DNA of 64,000 nucleotides from Selaginella moellendorffii (Eukaryota; Plantae; Lycopodiophyta). A program made the position numbers and the translations under genes. Position 1 is the first letter of the stretch; each line of letters starts with the position of its first letter. The stretch lies in contig NW_003314399.1 in NCBI RefSeq assembly GCF_000143415.4, positions 143,428-207,427 on the forward strand, written 5' to 3'. Shown here piece by piece: positions 28,232-41,400 of this stretch. The notes beneath the pieces were generated by a model, which ran no database searches, was not told where the DNA came from, and was given only the letters and a program-made list of their open reading frames with translations.

Positions 28232-28335
28232 AGGAAGAAATCTCCATCTAGATTTTTGTAGCACGGTCACCTTTAAAGAAAAGTTGGATTTGAGTGCTTG
28301 GGTATAAGATAGGGTTTTAAAATCTTTCTGTGGCT

Positions 28336-29518
28336 ATGGCGCCCGCGAGGCTGTGGAGAATTTGGCGCTGGCGCTTCCGCTTCTTCTGGTTGGCTTGCAT
28401 CGATCGAGCGGGGCGAAGGGCGCGAATTCGATCCGCACAGCGCGTGGAGAGGAAGAAGGATGCGGCCGCTGCGCCGGATTCTCTTGGATCGGTCGCGAGG
28501 GCCGAGAATGCGGCGCCGATTTGGCAATTGCCAAATGGCGAGGGCATTGCTGGGCGGGATTTGGCGCTGCTTGTGGATGGGAAGTGGCTTAACAGTGAGA
28601 TTATCAACAGCTACTTCTCGCTCATCAAGGTAAAGCATAGGTCAGCTCGTTATTCTTCTTTTCCTCATAGAGAATTTTCTTCTAGGTTCGCTCCGACAGG
28701 CCTGACAAGAATTCTTCTTCAAAGTAAGACTTTCGATCATTCGTTCCATGTTGATTGAAAACTTTGTTTTTCCTTTGATCTAATCAGGCTTCGAACCCAT
28801 TGTTTCAGCAGCTTTTTCTACACCAAGCTCCAAATCGCTGGATACGAAGGCGTGCGTAGATGGTCGAAAAACATTGTGAGTTTCACTCCCCAAATCCTTG
28901 CTTGAAGTTTTTTGAGCCAATCAATCTTGATTTGCATCTCCCGAACGTAGCTACTTTACAGAACATTTTCGACCACGATCTTCTTTTGTTTCCTGTCAAC
29001 CACAACAACGTACACTGGTACTATGCCCAAGCTTTTTCGAGACAATAGCATCTGATTTCTTTGTTTCCAGGTCTTTAGTTGCGGCGCATCTCAAAAACCA
29101 CCGGATAGAGTACTACGACTCTTTGCTGTGCAAATCGAAAACAAAGGCATACATTCGTATCATGAAATCGGTATGTTCAACCTTTCCTTTTCCTCGATTT
29201 TAAATAAGCTTGGCAGGTCGATGAGTACCTTCGTGAAGAGGGAGCAAACAAACATAGCATGACCAGCGTACAGAACTGGCAACTTTGCGTTGTGGACAAC
29301 ATCCCGCAACAGGCAAAGACACAAAAAACGTAAAGAACTGGTTCTAAAACTTGGATGCTTGTGTTTAGACGGATGGCTCGAGCTGTGGTGTCTTCATTTG
29401 CGCCTACGCAGAGCATCTAACCCGGGGGCAGTCGCCACCTTTCTCTTTCTCGTCCAGTGACATCTACAACATCCAAGCAAAAATGGCTACTCAAATGCTA
29501 CGTGGATTCATCCCCTAA
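28336..29518 (+). CDS. ULP1-family (peptidase C48) SUMO protease, mostly catalytic domain; multi-exon
   Basis: WLNSEIINSY, FSSFFYTKL, FPVNHNNVHWSL (His), YYDSL (Asp), PQQTDGSSCGVF (Gln/Cys). Confidence 0.88.
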
Positions 29519-32039
29519 AGAGGTAACGAGCACTTAGCTTCTCTGACAACTCTACTGTGTGGATCTTTGACCCACGCTCTAGATTTACCAGCTTGAGAAC
29601 GTTCCGCTCGATCTTGGCAAACTCCATCGCCAGTGCTTGAGCGTTGAAGATGAAGGCGCCAAACACGACAGCATCTTCCCAGTTCCGGTCATCGCCCGCC
29701 GTCGCCATCACCTCCTGGAACCTGGACCGGCACGCATCAACCACTGACGAGCTCCAGCAGTCGACGTCGACGAGATCTACGCTCGCGGACTGGCTCTCAA
29801 CGTCTCCGCCACCTCCAGCAGTATCTAACCGTACCAACACGGGGCCAAAGCAAGGAGCCTGGAGGTCCTGGAGTGTCTCGCAGCACCACGGCAGCCTTCT
29901 GGACCTCAGCTCCAGGATGGACATGACGAGCGCTTGCAGCAGATCGAGGATCCTGGCATGGGAGCTCAAGATCTTGGCGTAGGCCTTCTCCTGGAACGGG
30001 TCGGTCCAGCAGGGCTCCAGCGCCGCCTCCTGCACCAGCACGCCCAGCTTCTGCGCGATGGAGCTCGCCTCCTGCCTCGCCTGCCCAAGCTCCTCCAGCG
30101 CGGACCCCTGGCACCTCTCGCAGCAGCACCGCGCAACGTCAACACCAGCACTGACCACCGTCTTCGCGCACCGCTCCAGCGCCGCCAGCCCCGCCGCCAG
30201 CGTCGACTTTGCGAGAACCGACACCTTTCTCGGGAAGACGAGGTACTCGACGACCACGAAAGCAGCAATGCCGATGAAGCTCTGCGTGAGCCGGAGCATG
30301 GCGAGGCTGTCGAGCGAGACTCTCTTTCGGTGGCCGACGAGGAAGATGGCGCCGATGAGCGCCGAGACGTTACCAAGGGGACCGTAGAAGCGGTTGTGCT
30401 TCATGAAGCTGGTGAAGACGATCCATCCGGCGAGCGCGACGATGGAGAAGATGGGACTGGAGCTCTGCGTGTAGAACGAGACGAGGTAGCCGAAGATGGT
30501 GCCGAGCACCATCCCGTGCAAGCGGAGGTCCGAGACGCGGAAGGAGCCGTCGCGGTGGGCGTTGAAGCCCATCCCGATTATCAGCGTCGTCCAGTTGATG
30601 TGGTAGCGGTTGTACGTGGAGCCCGCGTAGGAGCCGAGCACCATAGCCAGCGAGATCTTGAGCGCCACGATGAATCGCTCCCGGTCGTAGAGCTTGAGAA
30701 TCTGGCTGAAAAACCGCCAGTGAAACTCGATCTCTTTTTCACTTTTGCTCTCCTCAATTGGATCCACGCTACTAATTAGCTTGCAGCACGGACTCGCGCT
30801 GACCGGTGTTGACTCGGGAGTGTCGAGTGTTGACCAGACCTTGCTTAGATTCGGTGTGGTCTGTAGCATGGTGGTGGCTTCCGCGAGGAAAAGCCTCGCA
30901 TTGTGCGCGAAGGACAGGCCACAAATCTGCGCTTGGAGTTGTGAGGGATCTTGGAGCGAGAGCACGGTCTCGAGAGCTTGGCTCATGATCTCCTTTCCGT
31001 CTTTCAGGAGCTTGTCCGAGTCCACGCTCTCCTTGCCAGATGGATGATTCATCTTTGCGGCGAAGGATTTGCTCCACTCTCTTACTTGTGACATGGGCTC
31101 CTCGAGCGAGGCCTTGGCAGAGTCCGAGAGCTCCTGGTCGGAGCAGGAGCTCGAGTTCATGGCCAGCTCCATTGCTTTGACATGTTGCATGAGCTTGTTG
31201 ACCTGTTTCTCGTAGTTGGACTTGGCTTTGACCGCAAACGGAAGAAAGCAGTCCTGAAATTCAAGGGAATAGGGATGAATAAAAAGGCAGAAAGCGTACA
31301 TGGATACATACTGTGTTGTGGACTTCGAGGATGACTTTGGATCCTGCCTCCATGAGAGATTTCGCCTGGAATCTCAAGGACTGCCTTTGAAATCTCTCCC
31401 GAGTACAGAACATCGTCAGCAGTGCGTCGAACGCTTGCGAGATGATCTCGATGGATTGAATCAGCTGCTGCCTCGCCTGGACAAGCCATTGTATATCACG
31501 CAACCGAGAAGATCACATCAATGACATCACACTACCTTAACGGACGCGAACTTTGGGAAGGGAAAAGTGAGAGCGAGGATGGAGCACGCCAGGCCCAGCA
31601 CCATCGTCGCACCCAGCTTCAAGGGGTAGAATATCCTGTCCATGTCTTGCTGCCTCGCGTACGCAATGACATGGAGGTGGGTCGCGACGGTGAGCGCAAC
31701 CCTCTTGGTGAGAAGATTGGAGAAAGACGGGTAGGCGATCACCATGCTGCTCCAGAAGATGAACATGAGGCTCGTCCAGATGGACACGCTCGGCCCCAAG
31801 AGATTGATCGCGAGCATTCCCAGGCTGAGCCCCTGGATCCCGCCGAAGAGCACAGACCATGAATCTCTCATCACCTTTGCGAGCGAGGGGCAGTCGCTCA
31901 CGATGACGAAGGAGAGGATGAAGGAGAATGCCGGGAATGACGTCCATTTGACGTAGCCGTGCGCGTATTGCAGCAGCAAAGCGGCGATGAGACATGCCAC
32001 CCCTGTTCTTGCCGAGGAGAGGAGACGGGACTTCCACAT
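29508..32039 (-). CDS. FUSC/AaeB-like aromatic acid exporter family membrane protein (At2g28780-like), copy 1; 3 exons
   Basis: WKSRLLSSARTGVAC N-terminus, multiple TM segments, ALKISLAMVLG, RLHGMVLGTIFG, AMLRLTQSFIGI...VFPR. Confidence 0.82.
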
Positions 32040-32679
32040 CAGGTTCCCACAACCGTTAAATCTTTAGTCTTTTCAGGGAGACCCGTGAAAAATGAGGCTT
32101 TCCTTTCCAGGTGGCACAGGGGTTTCGGTTCCAGGATGAACTCTTATACGCTTTCAAGTGTGATTTGATTTGACATGGGAATCCAGTGCGTGAGTGGCGA
32201 GCATCCACTTTGTGATTACAGGGGACCTGCCGTTTTCAACATTTTACCGGAGCTCACAGCTACTATTAACTCACGAAAATCACATTCTAATCCAAAGCCC
32301 AAGCTTTTCATTTTTACTTTTCAGCCAGCTTCACATCCTTGGAATCACCTTGCAGGCCAAGAATCAAATTGAATATATATCAATTTGGGATTATGTCAAT
32401 TTCACCGATGAGCAAGCAACGATCTAATGAGATAAGGACGATGGGTGAATACTTATCAAGTTCTTAGATTTCATTTCTAACTTTCTGTTATTGTTACATC
32501 CAGAACTAGTGACGTCACTAAGTGCGGTAGATTCTGAACTATATTCTAGTTTCAATGGGGGCGCAATTACTTCTCATTGGGCAAGTTGTAAAGCATTATC
32601 AATCTTAAAATGTAAAGTATTACACCAACAGTAACTTATCAATCCACACTTTTAAAAATTGTCTTATCCAAAAAGAACT

Positions 32680-35027
32680 TTAAATAATTTTAACATTTCC
32701 TGTCTTCACCAACTTGAGAATGTTCCTCTCCATCTTTGAAAACTCTAGCAGAAGTTCCTGGACATTGAATGCCAGTGCCCCAGAGACAAGGATTTCTTCC
32801 CAGCTCCCTGTCCTCCTGCCCAGCAGAAACTTTGTTCTACACGAGTCAACTAAGTCAATGCCACCTTTAGACTGGTCTTCCACGTCGCCGCCACCCTCTT
32901 TGAGCGTCAGCAAATCTAGCGCGGAGAGCTGGAGGTGCTCGCATCCCGAGATTCTCCGAAGCTCCAGGGCGAAAATCACAAGCGTTTGTATTAAGCCGAG
33001 GATCCTCTTTTGGGATCTCACGATCTTGGTAAACGCTCGCTCCTCTAGCAGATCATGCATTCCACAGGGCTCCATCTTCATCTCCTCCACAAGCGCTTCC
33101 AATTCCGCCACCGCCAGGCCCGCATCCCGTTCAGCTCCCTCCATCGTTGACCCGTCCTCGCAGTCAGCGCACGCGCTGACCGCTGCTCTCGTGCACCGCT
33201 TGATTTTGTCCGCGCTCGCGGTAGCTTTGGCTCTCGCCATAGCCGATGAGTTTCGCCTTGGGAGGATTAGATAGTCAACGGCGACGAAGGCTGCGATGCC
33301 CAGGAAAGTCTCGGCCATCCGAAGCATGGCGAGCCGGTCGAGAGGAACTCTCTTGCGATGACCCACGAGAAAGATTGCGCCAATCAAGGCGGAGACGTTC
33401 CCCAGCGGCCCGTAGAGCCGACTGTGTTTCATGAAGCTCGTGAAGACGATCCATGCTGCCAGGGCGACGATGGAGATCATGGCTGGATATCTGAGCGTGT
33501 AGAAGGAGACCAGGTAACCGTAGAGCGTTCCCAGCACCACTCCGTGCAAGCGTATGTCTGAGATTCGCAGGGAGGCATCCCGGCGAGCGTTAAATCCCAT
33601 CCCGATTATCAGCGTTGTCCAGATGGTGTGGCTTCGATCGTACATGAATCCGGCAAACGCTCCCAGGACCATTGCGAGTGAGATCTTGAGCGCGAGAATG
33701 AATTGCTCCCGGTCGTAGAGATCAAGGAGCCATCTTGAGATCGTGCGTTTATCGTTGATATGATCGATCTCTCCTTTGCAAGGTTGGCATTGACTACCGC
33801 TGACTCTCTTTAAATCTTCCATTGACCGTGCTGGTTTTGAGGTGCCACCTTTTAGCGCGCCCCTGGCCTCAGCGAGGAAGAGTCTCATATTTTGGACGAA
33901 GAAAAGGCACGAGAAATGAGCCTCGAGCTGCGAAGGATCTTTGGTATCGAAAGACCCAACTGCAATCTCTAGAGCTTCATTCAAGCTGCCGATGATGTCT
34001 GTCCCATCCTCCAGGAGCTTATCGTTTCCAGTTCCCCCTGGTGCCATTAACACCAATTTGCTCCATTCTCTTATCCGAGTGAATGGATCCTCCAGCAAGA
34101 CTATGGTTGCATGATCAATGGAGATAACCTTGGCCATCTCCATTGCTTTCAAGTGCAGCATGAGCTTATCAAGCCTCTTTCCAGAGGTTCCAAAAGCTTT
34201 GGCTTTGAAGAAAAGCGCGCATTCCTGGAAACCAAGGAAAAAGTTTCAAGCTGAATATAAAATATGTAATACGTACCAGGCGTGGTATATCCGACACAAG
34301 TTTGGATCCAGCCTCAACAAGAGACTTCGACTGGAATCTCAAAGAATGGCATCCACATCTTTCCATGGTACAGAAACTTGCAAGTAGAGCATCAAAAGCT
34401 CGAGAGATCACTCGGGTGGATTGGACGATCTGCTGCTTCACCTGGAAATGGCATGATCATAGTAAACTATCAATACAACTTTTCAGTGGATTCTCCCACC
34501 TTGGTGGACGCAAGCTTTGGCACGGGAAAAGTGAGAGCGACAAGACAGCACGAGACACTGAGCATCATCGTCGCCCCCAGCTTCAGGGGGTAGAATATCC
34601 TGTCCATGCTTTCCTGCCTCGCGTACGCGACTACATGGAGGTGTGTGACGCCGGTGAGCGCAATCCTCTTGGTGAGAAGACTGGAGAAAGATGGATACGC
34701 CACCACCATGCTGCTCCAAAAGATACACAAGAGGCTCGTCCAGATCGACACGGTTGGGCCGAAGAGATTGATCACGAGCATTCCCAGAGCGAGGCCTTGG
34801 ATGGCACCCAGGATCACCGACCACGAGTCTCGGATCACCATTTCCAGCGACGGGCATTCGCTGAGGAGGACAAACGAGAGAACGAAAGAGAATACCGGGA
34901 AGGAGGTCCACTTGACGTAGCCATGAGCGTATTCGAGGAGCACAGCCGCGATGAGACAAGCCAGGCCTGTTCTTGCGGAGGAGTGAAGGCGGGATTTCCA
35001 GATGTCCAATTCCATAGCTCCCGCCAT
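32680..35027 (-). CDS. FUSC/AaeB-like membrane protein, tandem copy 2; 3 exons
   Basis: Paralogue of 29508-32039 with the same exon layout (WKSRLHSSARTGLAC; ALKISLAMVLG; RLHGVVLGTLYG). Confidence 0.82.
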
Positions 35028-35774
35028 AGCTCAAGTAGGTGATGATCTTGATCGTGAAGCGAGTGACGAGATTGTGGATGGGTGGCGAGGATGGATGGAG
35101 AGTGTCCAGGCCAGGAATTACTTAAAGCTTTTTGCGAGTGATTTGACAGTGGAATCCAATAATTCCATGGGTGGCGAGCAGCTTTTCGAATATGGGAGAC
35201 CGAAGATGCCGTTTTTTTCTCTCATTTTCTAGAGAAAAAACGTTCCAGAGTTTTAACACGCGAGCACTTATGTTTGGGTGGAGTCTCAATTGTTGACCCT
35301 TGGACGAAAAGAGCATATGCTTGTCCTGAAGGGTCAAAAAAACTTCTCCTCGAGACCAGATCAAACAACGCACCAGGAATGTGTAATTGTCAACTATACC
35401 GACACCCAAAGAGAAAAAAACAAGAGAAGAAGAGTCGATTGGACAGAAATCTCAGCACTGTTTTTATAGCTTAGATAAGATTGCCTCCTCATGGGCAAGA
35501 ATCTTCGCATTGTTCTACGGTAGTTCAGATTCTTACGGCTTGTGGGAGCTTCTCTTTTCCCAGGTTGCTTTGCCAAAAAGAATATTTGGCACGTCCTCCA
35601 GCCAATTTTCGCGAATGAATGCTGCTTGGCAGACAAGTGATCCCTGTCCACTACTAGAGCTGCTTTGCTGGAGTTGGGCTATACCCATGCGATCGTTGAA
35701 TGGAAGTTGAGGGAACAATCAAAGCTACCTGAAGGAAAAAGACTTGAAACTGGAAAAACGCAGAACACAATCTT

Positions 35775-38471
35775 TTACCTCTGGAGGAGCATCACCATCT
35801 CACAGTGATGGGTGTGAGGGAACAGGTCCACGGCCACGGCCTTCACAGGCTTGAATGGCTCCGAGTTTGGCATGTTCTTCATTCGCTGCCTAGCATAGCC
35901 CATGCTGCTCATGCCTTTGATGTTCATGCCTCGACCGTTTTTCTGCTTGTCAGCCGTGCTCGAGGGAGCACACAGCTCGATCGAGTTTGCGATCAACGTG
36001 TCGGGATTACATGATACATACCTGTAAAAACAATATGGTGAGTTTCGTACCGCTCTAAAAGCATACTATCAAGCTTACACAAGGCGCTTGAGCCGTGAAT
36101 GTACTCGAAGGGCCTTTGTAACCTGTTCACAGGTAGAAACTTAGATCGAGTTTAAACAAATAAAATGAAAGCAAGAACTCAAACTTACTGTTGGGTGCAA
36201 ACCACTCCGTGGAGGATCCACAATCACCACTACATTGGAGAAGCGCTTCTTATCAGTGTCCATAGCATTATCTTCCGAAGATTCTTCGGGAAGGACCTCG
36301 TATTCATTGAGTAGCTTATTTACTACGTCTTCGGCCTGAATCAAGGAACAAATAAATAGACCAGTAAGCGAACATGACAATGCGTTACCTTAGCACACAC
36401 GAATCTACAGTTTGAAATGTTATTGAGCTTCGCATTTGTCAAGGCATCTGTGACTGCGTCTGCATTTATCTCTATTCCCACCACCTAGCGTCCAGGGAAA
36501 ATTATTAGCCGGCACGTCTAGTGATTTTAAGATCTATTATGTACCATGCCAACTTTGCGTGCAAGCGTCAGACCTATAGTCCCCGTCCCGCAGCATATAT
36601 CAAAGAGCAAAGTGTTGGGGCCAAGACCAGCCCACTCCCCAGCGAGCGCATACAGCTTCTCAGCCGCAAAGCTATTGACCTGCATTAAATACATTTTAAG
36701 TTGCAAGTAGAAAAAGGAGATATGGCAACCTGGAAGAATGCTGTCGGAGAAATCCTAAATTGCAGATCGCCAATATAATCGTGAATATATTGTACAGAGA
36801 CTTCTGTGCCCGGAATCGCCAAGGAAATTAAAGGAGCATCGGCAGGAGCAGCGTTCGAAACTCCCACATGTTCCTAGAAACGCAAGCTGAGAGCAGGAAA
36901 AATAAAGAGTGACGCTTTCAACCTGGACAAGTAAAGCAGTGAGTGTAACAGGTGGTGATGCACTAAAAGCAGCGCTTGAAAGTTCCCTGGCCATACGCTC
37001 ATATTCTTTCGTCTTTGCGTCACTTGCAATACCTGATGGAGATACCTGCATAAGTACTAGTCAGAATCGTCAAAAAAAATAAAGAAAAGAAAAAAGAAAC
37101 ATCACACGCACCTGCACTACAAGCATAACTTCGGCAACCATTGGAACCTCTTCTTGACAAGTTCTAGGATGTCGACCTTCTCGAACCTAAACATTTGATA
37201 GGGAGAAAAATTAGAGCTGCTGGTACAAACGCACGGAACATTTACCGTCAACATCCGCCAAAAGCCAGAGTTATTTTCCTTGTTCCACACTTGAAACTCA
37301 GATGTGCGTATAAAACTTCCCAGTGCACCAGCATAAAACTTTGCAATGTCCGACACGTTACGACAGTTCCTGGGATTTCCAATTGTGGTAATGCCTTTCC
37401 TGAACAAGGCCTTTAAGTAAGTCAAATAAATGACCCACGACAAATCGATGATCTCACCTGAACATCCCCATTTGAAATCCAACAACACTTTCCCCATCGG
37501 CAGAAAATCCGATGCTAAATTCACACTTGTTACGGTAGCCTTCAACCACAGGAGAAGAAATAATGCCTTCAAAGTCACAAGCCATACCCCCTGTTGAAGA
37601 AAAAGAAATAGAGATCCGAGTAGTTATTCTATCAACATTTACCTTTTTCTTTTCCTGGAGTGAGCCATTCCGGAACTGGAGTACCATGCACGCAGCACTT
37701 GCGTGTGTGGCGAACCTGGACGGTATTATCGACCTTCAGGAAACGAAAAGAAGCAAGTGCAATTTAATAATACTTACGAACTTTCTAAGCACTGTTGCGA
37801 CGCCATCACGCTTCTCTCGTAGTTGCTCCTCATACGACTGAGAAGCCAAAGGAGTGACAACCTCACTCACATCTCTCGGCAGCTCAGCATTTTCTTCTTT
37901 CGCATCTCCATTCCCAGTTTCGTCAGCCTCCCAGCTTCGTGGAAGAGCATCCGACACCTTTGGCTTCTTCCCTTTGGAACCCGTCATCGCTTCTAGTTTC
38001 TACAACATAAACAGATTGCTATCTATCAGTATCTACAGTGCAAAGTTAGAGAAAAAAAATGATTTACCACTTTGGCGTGCTCAGCGTGCTCGGCAACATC
38101 GAATTCCACGAAACCAACAGTCTTTCCCTTTCTCTTCTTGGCCGAGGCGAATTTTATATCCTAGGAAACACAACGAAAAGCCTGCTCATCCATCATTCTA
38201 CCAGGAAAAAAATCCCAGCTATCTAGAAAGTCAGTCACACGCTTACTTGCTCTTCCAGGAGCCTTTTAAAAGCATCCCCGCCCATATACCACGGCAAATT
38301 CTGGACGCACTTCCTCAATCCCTTGCTCCGTCCTTCCTGATCCCCATCATTCCTCACCTCCTCCTCCTCCTCATCACCGGCGGCAGTGGGATCATTGCCA
38401 CTGGCAGGCGCCTCCTCCAGATCGGCAGCATTGCCGAGCGCCAGCGCTACGCACTCCTCCTCCCCTGCCAT
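35775..38471 (-). CDS. TRM2: tRNA (uracil-5)-methyltransferase, TRM2/TRMT2A-like; multi-exon
   Basis: GYRNKCEFSIG, FRISPTAFFQVN, LFDICCGTGTIG, IVDPPRSGLH, YVSCNP, AVDLFPHTHHCEMV. Confidence 0.92.
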
Positions 38472-41400
38472 GAAATGCGAAGAACCCTAAACCCAGAATG
38501 AATATTCACAAAGCCCTATACGAATATTCCAGCTTTAAATTCTTTTAAACTTGGTACGCTCCATTACGCTGGAATGACGCTGTTATTAAAACGTTGCCAA
38601 TTTTGCCGAGCTCGACTCTGCCTGTTCCATCTCAAACTTTAATCATTCTTTTCATCTTTCCCTCGATGCGATCTCCTGTGATTGATTGTCTGATTGATCC
38701 CTGGAAAGCTGGAGACGCGGCCAGATCCAAGAGAAAGACCCGAGAACGATGGCGATGACGAGATAGAGCGTCGCCGCTTGGCCTCTCTCACGAGATAGAA
38801 AATGTATGTCTGTTTCGATAAGGCCATATAAACAAGAATGTTGCCCTGTTTGACCTGGGTTAACACTTAACTGGAGTTGAAGTTGAATAGTTGAAGACTA
38901 ATATATCAAGATGTGAAAGAAATAATAGGTAGAACTCATGGTGAGAATAAATATTTGATGAACCAGTGATAATTAAGGACATTAATGTTAAACTTTGATT
39001 ACCAAGAATATCTTAGAATATGCCATGATATTCTAGGTATATTCTTACACACCTAAAAAAGAATTTTTCTTCATCTAAATTAACTAATGCTCCAAAAGTT
39101 AGGGCACAACCTTTCAGCTGAAGGCTCTAAAATTCCGGCTGCCATGGCGCACGCTCGTCTGCTTGCAAGAAAGGAGGAGGCGGAGCGTGTGAAGGCGCGG
39201 CTTCGCGATGTGGATTTCGCCGGGCTGCAGGATCCAGGGAGGTCGCAGACGTTGCCCTTTCCAGGTTTGAGTACCTCCGCCGTGGGCAAGAGGCCACCAC
39301 GGGAATTTGAGTTTGTGGGTCGTTCGGCGTACTCGGACATCATGAGGCTGGTTGTAGAAGTCCCCGACTCAGGGCCTGCTCATTACTGGTGCCAGGGGGA
39401 AAGGAAAGAGTTGCATTTTGCGAGCGGTTGCAGTGGAGCTCGTTGGGCTCTCTCAACGAGCAATAAGCGTTTGGTGCCTGGACGCTTGTCAGGACTTGGT
39501 GGACCAAGTTCAGGACTCCGTTCTGTTTGCATACAGTGACAGCGAGGAGCGCTTGCAGAGATTGGACGCATCAGCTCTGTGGAGTCGTTGTCTGACTTCC
39601 TCGAGCGCAGAACGGCGGCTGGGGATTTTATTTTCTTTGTGAGTGAAGGTGAAGATCAACACGACGATGGTACTTCACGCAGGCGAGCTGAGGCGAAGAA
39701 GTGGATGGAAGCTTTGCAAAGAGGGTGCAACTTTGTAATCAAGACCTTGTCGCCTGAAGCTCATGACATGAGAGTAGGCGCAAGCCAGATGGAAGAGTAC
39801 GAGCTGAAAGATAACTTTGGCGAGGTAAGCCTCATTCCCTTCTTTTTTTCTTTTTTTTCCGGGTGCTTTTTTACTGAATTATCCGCGCTACAGGAGGAGT
39901 ATTCTTCGTTCATAAGAGGAACCACCACCGTCCTTGGAGGGATGCTCAAGAACCATCCGGACCGTGAGGAGGATGTTCTCTTGTTTGCTGGAAAGCACCC
40001 CGTGTCCTTGTTCTACCTCAGCAGTGCGTGTGACGAGTATGTAAGAGACATCACCGGTACCTCAAGGAAAAGGCGCAGGCTTAAAAGTTTTGGGATGATA
40101 GATGTCCAAACGGGTGCCATGGAAACGCGAGTGTACGAAGATCCTGGGAAGATGGACCTAGAGGGTTTCCTAGATGATGAGCAGGCGTGGCAGGCGGTGC
40201 TGCTGAAGTTTAAGCAGGGAGAACCATTCAAATCCATACGGAAGTACATCAAGGATTACAAGGGCCCGGAGGAATCTTTACGTGATCCTGCATCGGTGTC
40301 CAAGAGCTTTGTCAGCGGAGATGGTAGTTTCTGCACCGACTTCATCCATGCAGTCCATTTAGAGGCAGCTTTGGAGCGCTTGAAGGGCCACATTCCAGGC
40401 CATTGTGAAGGGTAAACTCGATGACCCGGACATCATCTGGCCTCAGATCGGATGGGCCTGCGAGGGGTTTGTAGCAGAGGCTATCATGGCGGTGGGGCTG
40501 AAATTCAAGCAGCGTGTGCGTCGTCCAGTGGAGCTGAAGAGTCTAAACGGTGAACCCGTGCGGTTAGATCCACGCCAGTGGGAGCCTTTCAAGCCAGTGT
40601 ACCTTAAACCAGGCAGGTACTCTTTCAAGTACATTGACGGGGTTATCGCGTGGGTTGACGAGAAAGGGGTGATGCATTTCTTAGCGCTTCAGGTGACGGT
40701 CAGCCCGGAGGGACACACCAAAACGGAGTATCAGTTCATGCAACGAGCACAAGTGGAACGCTGGTACACTGGACCCTGCATCTGGTACTATGTTTACCTC
40801 TGCCCTGTGAAGGTAGAATCGTTGGAGGAGTCCCGGAAGGCTTCTTCTTCCAGAGGAGGTTCATCGCCCACGTCCAGCAGGCCGGTTCAGTCACAAGAGA
40901 CGTTGGTGGAGTACCAGAGGGAACAGCTCCAGTTTGATCAGTGCTTTGAGCAAAATCTGGGACAGGAGGAAGTGTTGCTCCTCCGGAAGCTCGGGGAAGT
41001 CAGGGAGAGGGAAATGGAACGGAGGAAGAAGGCCAAAGCCATGCAAGAGCACAGCTATCGCCAACTTCTAAAGAGCTTGCCTCCTCGGAAATGGGCACTC
41101 TACAAGAGACTGAAGACGAGAGAATTGCTGGAAGTGGAGGCCAAGAAATGCGGCATCAGTGACCCGTCCCCCAAGAACTACAAGAACATCTACGTCTTGC
41201 TTTCAGCCATGGACGTTTAAATTAGTTTCTCAGGATTTTGGGATTTAACCTGGGACTATTTGGAGCTTCCAGAAGATAACTCCGTAAGGCTACTTACAAT
41301 GGACGATGACGACAGGATCTATCTTCTGCTGCAGAAACTAGAGGGTGGCGGCCCGGACTTAAATCAGATTCAAGAGCCCCTGGAAGAGCCATTTCTGGTG

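Noticed and set aside
29934-30779. 281-aa plus-strand ORF (and the similar 34302-35042)
   Set aside because: Antisense to GC-rich FUSC-like exons; explained by codon bias
35387-35718. Small ORFs between FUSC copy 2 and TRM2
   Set aside because: No motif; probably TRM2 3' UTR or intergenic sequence
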